Shown one piece after another: positions 56,573 to 64,000 of a DNA stretch of 64,000 bases. Position 1 is the stretch's first letter. Every line of letters starts with the position of its first letter. The stretch comes from a bacterium (GTDB lineage Bacteria > UBA8248). A program made the translations under genes and the position numbers. The DNA is taken from contig OY843592.1 in the NCBI GenBank assembly GCA_963692865.2, forward strand, positions 1,472,001-1,536,000, read 5' to 3'. The notes beneath the pieces are model-generated. The model did not search any database. It had not been told where the DNA came from and worked only from the letters and a program-made list of their open reading frames with translations.

Positions 56573-57115
56573 TTACTTCTTCTTTTTCTTCTTGCGGAAC
56601 GACCTGTGGCACGCGCCGCACTGCCTGCCGATGAGGCCCACCGCCTTCCTGATGGCCGCGGGGCCGCCCTTGTAGTGGATTTGCGCGAGGGCGGCGGCGT
56701 TCGCGGCGAGGCCGTCCGCGATGAGGCCGAACTTCGCCCTGTCCTTCCAGATGGCGGGGGACGACGTCGTCTTGCCCGCCAGGGTGTTCTTCCTGAACGC
56801 CTTCTTGATCCTGGACGCCTTCTTGTACATGCCGCCCGCGGCCTGGCGCACCTGCTCCTCGACCACCCGGCCGCTGCCCTGTTTCATCGCGGTTCTGATG
56901 CGCTTCATGTCGGCGCCGATGCCGCGCATGAGTTTCCGGCGCGCCGCGACGGCGGCGTCCGCGCCGCCCTTCGTCATCTTTTTCTCGCCCGCCGCCTTCC
57001 CGGCCTTCATGGCCGCCTTCTTCTGGCCCGTCATCCTGCCGTCCGCGCAGCCCGCTGCGAGCGCGCCCGCCGCGGCCAGGACGGCCAGGCTCCTGAATAC
57101 GTCTCGTTTTTTCAT
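56573..57115 (-). CDS. Cytochrome c-prime (class II) lipoprotein
   Basis: LAAGC lipobox, R..LM, AIWKD..KF, C-terminal CGACH. Confidence 0.85.
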   Translation of the reverse strand: MKKRDVFRSLAVLAAAGALAAGCADGRMTGQKKAAMKAGKAAGEKKMTKGGADAAVAARRKLMRGIGADMKRIRTAMKQGSGRVVEEQVRQAAGGMYKKASRIKKAFRKNTLAGKTTSSPAIWKDRAKFGLIADGLAANAAALAQIHYKGGPAAIRKAVGLIGRQCGACHRSFRKKKKKK

Positions 57116-57335
57116 GACCGGATTTCCCCCACGAAATCAGAAACGAAAAAGACAATCAGGCGGAACTGTATGAAACCCCCTCTCGGCGCCCCCGCGCGTG
57201 AAAACGAACCATGGGCGGTCGTCCGCCGGCCTTCATCGCGTATGGGTTCATGTTAGCCGAAAAGCGGTCCGGCGGCCAGCCCCGGAAAACGGGGGGGGGG
57301 TGGTTTTCAGGCCGGGAACAGGGGGGCTGGTTTCC

Positions 57336-58157
57336 GTAGGTGACAACCCCTCCTCGGGGTTGTCCCACGCATACCATGCGGCCCGTGTCGGGCGGCGAAA
57401 AAATCAGGGCCGCATGATATGTCTGACCTACGGAGCGTCTCGCGTTTGCGGAGGGGAGACCGCCCTTCGATACGCCGCCTCCGGCGTCGTCCTGCTACAC
57501 GCCTCATTCGGGTGTCGGTGTAGGGGCCGCATACCATGCGGCCCGTTCAGGTCGGGCTCCGCGGTCGCGTCGTGGAAACGTCTTCAGGAATTGCGTCGCA
57601 TGGGCGAGATTGTAATCGTCGGCGGCGAAAACCACTCTGCGCGGGTCGCATGATATGTCCGACCTGCAATACCATTTTGATTGACGGCTGTAGGGGCCGC
57701 ATATTATGCGGCCCGTCGCCGTTCGATATGCGGGTCGCATGGTATGCGACCCCTACAACAGAAACGGCAATGCCGCCGGAATGGCGGCGAACGATTCGAT
57801 GATCGGGATCCCCTCCCGCGCCAATCGGGTTTTCACCCGTAGGTCGGACATGCCATGCGGCCCATGACGGGACGGCGAAAAAACCGGGCCGCATGATATG
57901 TCAGACATATATGTCTGACCTACGGTGGGAGCCCGACCGGCGGCGGGGTTTTCAACGGCCCCGTGCGTGGTTCCTGTGCGCCCCTCGAATGACGACTGTA
58001 GGGGCCGCATACCATGCGGCCCGTCGCCGTTCGATATGCGGGTCGCGTCTGGGCGGCGAAAAAGGCCGGGTCGCATGGTATGTCGGACATATATGTCCGA
58101 CCTACAATACCGTCTTGAATGACGACCGCAGGGGCGGACGCGCGGGTCCGCCCCTGC
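57336..58157. repeat. REP doublet (REPIN) array 1
   Basis: Repeated GTAG-GGGCCGCATNNNATGCGGCCC, GGGTCGCATNNNATGCGACCC-CTAC and GTCrGACATATATGTCyGAC hairpins. Confidence 0.9.
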
Positions 58158-58384
58158 GAAACCTGAACCGAAGGTCGCCCGCGTTCCACAACCCTCCGGG
58201 CGGCGTTGATCCCGGCGCCCGTTTGTGAAACCTTGGGATATCCTGAAGGGTTCGTGGCGGCTCACCCGCAGGCCCGGCGCAGGCCGGTTGTCGGGGAGGC
58301 ATGAGAGACGCCGCGAAGTTCGCGCGTGAAAACCTGATTTCATTCGCCGCCGGGCGGGCGGCCCCATTTTCGAAAGGAGCGGAC

Positions 58385-58678
58385 ATGAGCGCATACGTGG
58401 TCGGACACATCACCGTGAAGGACGAGGAGGGCTTCGGCAACTACGCCGAGCAGGGGCTCGCCATCGTCGCCTCCGTCGGGGGCGAGGTGGCGGCGAGCGG
58501 ACAGCTCGTGAAGGTGCTCACCGGCGCGCACGACAGGCGGATGTTCGTCCTCCTCAAGTTCCCCGACCAGGCGGCGGTGGAGAAGTGGTATTACTCCGAC
58601 GCCTACCAGGCCCTCATCCCCGGCCGCAACCAGGCGGCGGACATCACGTTCATCTCCTACGACGAGCCGGAGGAGTAG
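58385..58678 (+). CDS. DUF1330 domain protein
   Basis: RBS AGGAG; MSAYVV, GG, FPD...WY.S.AYQ...R. Confidence 0.9.
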   Translation: MSAYVVGHITVKDEEGFGNYAEQGLAIVASVGGEVAASGQLVKVLTGAHDRRMFVLLKFPDQAAVEKWYYSDAYQALIPGRNQAADITFISYDEPEE

Positions 58679-58706
58679 GCGTCCGGGGAGCGGGCGGGAT
58701 GGTCGC

Positions 58707-59557
58707 GATCCCCTCCCGCGCCAATCGGGTTTTCACCCGTAGGTCGGACATATATGTCCGACATACCATGCGGCCCGTTGTCGTTCGGTATGCGGCCCGT
58801 CGCCGTTCGATACGCGGCCCGCGTCGGGCGAAAAAAACCGGGTCGCATGATATGCGACCCCTACCACGGAAACGGCGATGCCGCCGGAATGACGGCGAAC
58901 GATTCGGTGATCGGGATCCCCTCCCGCGCCAATCGGGTTTTCGCCCGCAGGTCGGACATATATGTCCGACATACCATGCGGCCCGTCGCCGTTCGATATG
59001 CGGCCCGCGTCGGGCGAAAAAAACCGGGTCGCATGGTATGCGACCCCTACAACAGAAACGGCGATGCCGCCGGAATGACGGCGAACGATTCGGTGATCGG
59101 GATCCCCTCCCGCGCCAATCGGGTTTTCGCCCGCAGGTCGGACATATATGTCTGACCTACGGTGGGATCCCGACCGGCGGCGGGGTTTTCAACGGCCCCG
59201 CGCGTGGTTCCTGTGCGCCCCTCGAATGACGACTGTAGGGGCCGCATATCATGCGGCCCGTGTCCGGGCGGCGCGGTTTTTGTAGGTGACAACCCCTCCT
59301 CGGGGTTGTCCCACGCATACCATGCGGCCCGTCGCCGTTCGATATGCGGGTCGCATGGTATGCGACCCCTACAACAGAAACGGCAATGCCGCCGGAATGA
59401 CGGCGAACGATTCGATGATCGGGATCCCCTCCCGCGCCAATCGGGTTTTCACCCGTAGGGGCCGCATACCATGCGGCCCGTTGCCGGAGGGGCGAAAAGG
59501 CCGGGTCGCGAAAAAAACCGGGTCGCATGATATGTCAGACATATATGTCCGACCTAC
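58707..59557. repeat. REP doublet array 2 with 186-208 bp tandem units
   Basis: GATCCCCTCCCGCGCCAATCGGGTTTTC at 58707, 58915, 59101 and about 59422, each leading into a G(T/C)AG hairpin. Confidence 0.9.
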
Positions 59558-59609
59558 GGGATCATCGCGTTGCCGGACGGGCGCAGGAGAAAGGGTTGCG
59601 CTTTTGGAA

Positions 59610-60143
59610 ATGAAAAAACGAAAAGCGAACAGGTTGCGCGATCATGATTATTCCGGGAGAGGATGCTATTTCGTAACCATCTGCACGCTGAAACACGCCC
59701 GGTGTTTCGGCGGGATCACGAACGAAAGGATGCGGTTAAACGAAATCGGCGTGATCGCGCACCGGCATTGGCGGGAAATTCCGAATTGTTTTCCGAATGC
59801 GAGTCTCGATGAATTCATCATGATGCCGAACCACATTCATGGCGTTTTGTTCATCGGCGATAAAACCCGCTCCACCCGCTCCGCGCGGGCCGCATGTATG
59901 AATCCCCTGCAATCGCAGCAAGAAGACATTGACCGCTCGAAGATGTATTTGTCGAAAATCATCCAGGGATTCAAATCCTCCGTCACCCGTACGGTCGGAA
60001 AACGCCGGGACGACCATGCTTTCGGCTGGCAGCGATCATTCTACGACCACGTTATCCGGGACGATGCGAATCTGAACCGCATCCGGGAATACGTCCGGAA
60101 CAACCCCCTGAAATGGGCGTTCGATAAATACAATCCGGAATGA
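59610..60143 (+). CDS. REP-associated tyrosine transposase (RAYT, Y1 HUH)
   Basis: RLRDHDYS, YFVTICT, MPNHIHG (HUH), FKS, WQRSFYDHVIR, YVRNNP. Confidence 0.93.
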   Translation: MKKRKANRLRDHDYSGRGCYFVTICTLKHARCFGGITNERMRLNEIGVIAHRHWREIPNCFPNASLDEFIMMPNHIHGVLFIGDKTRSTRSARAACMNPLQSQQEDIDRSKMYLSKIIQGFKSSVTRTVGKRRDDHAFGWQRSFYDHVIRDDANLNRIREYVRNNPLKWAFDKYNPE

Positions 60144-60148
60144 CGACC

Positions 60149-60579
60149 GCAGGGGCGACATGTATGCGTCCCCTGCAAAAACGCGTAATGGTCGCGTAGG
60201 GGCCGCATACCATGCGGCCCGCGTTCGGGCGGCGAAAAAACCGGGTCGCATGATATGTCTGACCTGCAAAAGCGCGCAATGGTCGCGTAGGGGCCGCATA
60301 GTATGCGGCCCGTTGTCGTTCGGTATGCGGCCCGCGTCGGGCGAAAAAAACCGGGTCGCATGGTATGCGACCCCTACGGGCGGCGTTCGGGTGTCGGTGT
60401 AGGGGCCGCATATCATGCGGCCCGTGTCGGGGCGGGGGGGTTGCAACGGCCCCGCGCGCCCCCTCGAATGACGACTGTAGGTCGGACATATATGTCCGAC
60501 ATAGTATGCGGCCCGTCGCCGTTCGATATGCGGCCCGCGTCGGGCGAAAAAACCGGGTCGCATGGTATGCGACCCCTAC
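60149..60579. repeat. REP doublet array 3
   Basis: Same hairpin families as arrays 1 and 2. Confidence 0.9.
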
Positions 60580-60625
60580 AATCGAATCCTGATCGACCCG
60601 CGGCGCGCCTCTCGCGCGGCCGCCG

Positions 60626-61612
60626 TCACGGGCCGTAGCGCAGCCGCGCCACCGCGCCCCGCTGGGCGAGCTGGCCCTGCGCGTAGCGCCCCGGCATGGA
60701 CGGCGAGCGCCAGCGGCCGGCGAGCTGCATCTCGACCAGCGACGCCCCCGCGCTCGCCAGGCTCTGCGCGCTGCCCACGCGCAGGCTGTGCCCGCTGACG
60801 CGCCCCTCCACGCCCGCCTCCCGGGCGCGGCGGATGATGATGCGCCGGACGCTCCTCTCCGTCAGGCGCCCCGCGCTCACCCGGCCCGACCTGTGGACGG
60901 CCCGGAACAGCGGCCCCTCCGCCAGGGCGGCGGCCAGCAGCCACGCCCGGACGCGCGCCACGGTCGGCCCGCCCAGGAACTGCGCGGCGCCCCCGCCCTC
61001 CTGGTCGGTCTTCGAGCGCCGCACCAGCGCCGTCTTCTCGTCCAGGTCCACGTCGCCCACGTCGAGCGCCGATATCTCCGACACCCGGAGCAGCGCGTCG
61101 CTCGCCACCGCCACGATGGCCGCGTCGCGCAGCCCGGCCAGGCCCCCCGCGCGCTCGGCCATCGCCGCCGCCCGGTCCGCCTGCTCCCAGCGCACCCCCG
61201 CCACCTGCCCGCGGCCGCGCTCGGCGGCCATCCGCCTGAACCCGGCGAGAACCCGCTCCGCCGCCGGGCCCACCGGAGAGGGCCGGCCCCGGAGCCTGGC
61301 CCGGAAGCGCAGCGCCGCGACCGCCATGGCGGCGCAGGCCGCGGAGAGCCCCGCCTCGTAGAGGTCCCCCAGGTAGGCCGCCACCCCGGCGTCGGTCTCG
61401 GGCCGCCCCGAACGCGCGAACCCCCGGAGCGCCGCCTCGTAGGCCCGCCGCGTGTTGCGCGCCATCGAGGCCTCCGCCAGGTCCGCGGCCGCGCCGGCCG
61501 GGCGGGCCAGGGCCTGCGCCCTCGCCGAAGCGGCGTCCCGTGCCGGGTCGGGTGGTGTCGCCCCCGTGGTCATGGCGAGAAGCCAACCTTCCGGGTCCGT
61601 AGCTGTTTCCAT
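60626..61612 (-). CDS. Cre-like tyrosine recombinase
   Basis: NTRRAY, LRDAA, LRVSE, RSKTDQ, SGHSLRVGSA, GRW, RY (R-K-H-R-W-Y set); start at 61612 or 61573. Confidence 0.92.
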   Translation of the reverse strand: METATDPEGWLLAMTTGATPPDPARDAASARAQALARPAGAAADLAEASMARNTRRAYEAALRGFARSGRPETDAGVAAYLGDLYEAGLSAACAAMAVAALRFRARLRGRPSPVGPAAERVLAGFRRMAAERGRGQVAGVRWEQADRAAAMAERAGGLAGLRDAAIVAVASDALLRVSEISALDVGDVDLDEKTALVRRSKTDQEGGGAAQFLGGPTVARVRAWLLAAALAEGPLFRAVHRSGRVSAGRLTERSVRRIIIRRAREAGVEGRVSGHSLRVGSAQSLASAGASLVEMQLAGRWRSPSMPGRYAQGQLAQRGAVARLRYGP

Positions 61613-61747
61613 CGCCTGGTGTCGTTCAGGCGCCTCGTGGATTACCGGGTATGATAGACCATGGCGGGGATGGGCGATAGCGGGGAATTCCCGGAAAAAA
61701 AGCCGTCTTCGCAGATGGAGATCGAAGCGGGGCCGTGGATATTGGAT

Positions 61748-61937
61748 TCTGATAATTATTGTTACGGGACGCCGGAAACCCCGTTCTCCGCCGTGAGGCT
61801 CGTTCCGGGGCGCACACGGACTTTGAATGAGCGGAAAAAGACGCAAAACGGCGCAAAAAAATCCCTCGGAGACTTCAAAATCGCGCTTGACATGTTCTTG
61901 AGAAGTGATATATCGTCTGATAACAATAATTAGCGGC
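61748..61937. other. Candidate invertible segment bounded by inverted recombination-site-like sequences
   Basis: TAATTATTGTTA at 61753-61764 and its exact reverse complement at 61921-61932, with TCTGATAA-type arms. Confidence 0.62.
61887..61916 (+). promoter_or_regulatory. Putative sigma-70 promoter facing the lipoprotein gene
   Basis: TTGACA-18 bp-TATCGT inside the inverted sites. Confidence 0.65.
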
Positions 61938-62203
61938 GGGCAGATTTTATGCGAGGCAGCCGAAAGATATGCAGCTTCTGGAGGGCCGGAAAAGGCGTGG
62001 ACATGCCGCAAGAGTTCGCGTCCCGCGGAAAGCGCCGCTACCGCCCCGAACATGAGTCGTTAAATCCAAATCCGCCGTATTTCAAGTTGCTGTGAAAATA
62101 ACCGATTTGTAAAGGCCCGTAAAAGGAGGAAAGGAGGTTCATCGGAGAAAGCCGGAAATTCACGGAAAATCCCTTTTTCTATGTTTTCAGGAGGATTCAC
62201 TCA

Positions 62204-64000
62204 ATGACGTGGAGAAATAAACCAATTCACAAGCTGTACGCTTTCGCGGTGGCGGCGGTCTTCGCGCTGACGCTGGCGGGCTGCGGCGGCGGCGGTGGAA
62301 GCGCCTCGCCTCCTCCGGGCCCGACGCCGATTGAAAGCGCCAAACTGCGTGTGCAGGCTCTTTACGACGCGGCGAAGAAAGCAGCGGCGGACGCGCAGAC
62401 GGAACTCGATGGCTTGGATGCCAAGGCGTTTGCTGCTCAGAGCGCTTATGCGGCGGCCCTGGATGCGGCTCGGGCGGCTCAGCAGGCGGCCGACGCTGCG
62501 GGCGACGCGAATAGCGTGGCCCAGGGTGCGAGCGAACTCTCCGTGGTGGAGGCGCAGGAGAAGGTCGCTACGACCGCAAAAGAGAGGGCCGACGCTGCGA
62601 AGGCTGATACCATGAAGCATGCCAAAGCAGTTGGCGACGCTCATACAACGTACATGGCGGCTGTGGATGCCGGTGTAAAAGCGGCGAACAAGGCGGCTGT
62701 GGACGCTAAAGCGGATGTGACTACGTTGCAAAAAGAGCTCGATGCCTTGGAGCCGGAACAAAAGGCGGCCGGCGCCGCTGCCTACGAGAATGCCATGGAT
62801 CAGTTGGAGGCTGCCAAAGCGGCGGCGGCGGCGGCTCAGCAGGCGGCGGACGCGGCGGATGCGGCGTCCAAAACAACCCCTCCCGACAAGGCCCAGGTGG
62901 AAGCGAATCTGGCTCTGGCGAAAGCAGAGCGGGATAAGGCCTCTGATGCGCTCGCGGCCGGGCGGACCGCTATCGGTATCGTGATAGCGAGTTATCACGG
63001 GGACCGGAGAACGAAGGCTATAGCTGCGGCGAAGCTTGCGCTGGAAACGGCGAAAACAGCGAAGACCGGGGCGGTGAGTAAATTGGCCGAGCTCATCGCG
63101 TACAGCAAGACATTTGGCACCGATGACGAAGAAGTAGTCGAGCCTACGAAGCAGCAGGTGTCGGATGCCACGGAAGAGAAGAACAAGGCCGTCCAGGCTG
63201 AGGCGAATGCGATGGCCGCGGTCCAAAAGGCCGAGGCTTGCGGCTCTACTGACTACAAATGTGCAGAAGGCGCTAAGGAGGAGGCCGAGACGGCGCTTGA
63301 TGCCGCGGAGAAGGCGGCGAAGGCGATCACCGATGCAATAGCGGCTCTGGACGCTCGTGTGGTTGTGGTAAACAAAAGGATCGAAGATACGGGCGAGCTG
63401 AATAAAGCTGGCACAGCCGCCGACACCGCCGCGAAAGACGCCGAAGCCAAAGCGAAAACGGCCGAAGAGAATGCGAAAAAGGTCGCAGATCTCACATCGA
63501 GCAGTTCCCCGGGGGCTATAGCGGCCAAAAATGCGGCGGATGCAGCAAGAGCCGCTGCGAACAGGGCCAAAGCGGCGGCGGACAAGGTTAAGGACGCCGT
63601 GATGAAGGGCACGGACAACAGCAAGGACAGGTTGGACCCGGTGAAGAGAGGCGAACATCTCGCAACAGCGAAGAGCGAGCTGGCCAAGGTCGAGGAAGAA
63701 CAGGCCAAGGTCGTAGCCCAGTTGGCCATAGTCGATAACGAGCTCGCGCTTGCGGATTCGAGGGATCAACAGCGAAGGCTCGCCGCCGCGCGGACAGACG
63801 CGAAGACGTACGCGGATATGGCGAAAGGCCACTACGATTCGGCGATGAGTAAGGCGACGCAGGCCAGGGCGGAGGCCGTCAAAGCCAGGGACGCCGCGAA
63901 CAAGGCCAAGGCCGCCAGGACGGATTACGCCAACGCGGACAAGGAGGCCAAGAAAGCGGAGGATGCCGCCACGGCCGCCGAGAAGGCGCGTGATGCCGCG
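62204..64000 (+). CDS. Large Ala-rich coiled-coil lipoprotein, truncated by the window end
   Basis: AGGAGG RBS; MTWRNKPIHKLYAFAVAAVFALTLAG-C lipobox, GGGGGS/Pro linker; no stop seen in 599 codons; absent from the ORF track. Confidence 0.9.
   Translation, partial: MTWRNKPIHKLYAFAVAAVFALTLAGCGGGGGSASPPPGPTPIESAKLRVQALYDAAKKAAADAQTELDGLDAKAFAAQSAYAAALDAARAAQQAADAAGDANSVAQGASELSVVEAQEKVATTAKERADAAKADTMKHAKAVGDAHTTYMAAVDAGVKAANKAAVDAKADVTTLQKELDALEPEQKAAGAAAYENAMDQLEAAKAAAAAAQQAADAADAASKTTPPDKAQVEANLALAKAERDKASDALAAGRTAIGIVIASYHGDRRTKAIAAAKLALETAKTAKTGAVSKLAELIAYSKTFGTDDEEVVEPTKQQVSDATEEKNKAVQAEANAMAAVQKAEACGSTDYKCAEGAKEEAETALDAAEKAAKAITDAIAALDARVVVVNKRIEDTGELNKAGTAADTAAKDAEAKAKTAEENAKKVADLTSSSSPGAIAAKNAADAARAAANRAKAAADKVKDAVMKGTDNSKDRLDPVKRGEHLATAKSELAKVEEEQAKVVAQLAIVDNELALADSRDQQRRLAAARTDAKTYADMAKGHYDSAMSKATQARAEAVKARDAANKAKAARTDYANADKEAKKAEDAATAAEKARDAA

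Noticed and set aside
57336-60579. CRISPR array
   Set aside because: Units are inverted GTAG hairpin doublets of variable length, linkers are reused rather than unique, no cas genes are present and a RAYT is adjacent
60626-62203. Prophage/ICE integrase or TnpS-TnpT resolution module
   Set aside because: No phage, conjugation or Tn3 genes and no tRNA att site in view; the divergent gene is a lipoprotein, not TnpT/KfrA. Not fully excluded because the window ends
62201-63832. 543-aa minus-strand ORF
   Set aside because: Antisense shadow of the plus-strand lipoprotein, which has an RBS and lipobox
1-64000. tRNA and rRNA genes
   Set aside because: No cloverleaf with T-loop and acceptor stem and no rRNA signature recognised in the intergenic gaps

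Overview
A GC-rich chromosomal segment of a diderm bacterium (lipoboxes and an LpxL-family acyltransferase are present; taxonomy cannot be fixed from sequence alone). Housekeeping blocks: nadK-recN; dtd; glgA-glgC; hrcA-dnaJ...prmA-rsmE-purD with a CIRCE operator; tmk-holB-PSP1-metG-tatD/radical SAM; and an lhr helicase. Accessory content falls into five groups. (1) An 11-gene type II fatty acid/polyketide cluster with an oversized ACP, two intact and two Cys-less ketosynthases and a terminal lipid A-type acyltransferase. (2) A complete IS1182-family element plus non-autonomous elements with the same 19-bp ends, nested inside other palindromic repeats. (3) A RAYT transposase inside about 3 kb of shuffled GTAG-REP doublets. 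(4) A low-GC HEPN/AbiJ-like gene. (5) At the right end, a Cre-like tyrosine recombinase divergent from a large Ala-rich lipoprotein gene that the ORF track misses. Between these two genes a perfect TTGACA promoter is bracketed by inverted recombination-site-like sequences; this candidate invertible phase-variation switch is the strongest lead. No rRNA, tRNA or CRISPR array was recognised. All calls rest on motif recognition by eye; no database search was run.
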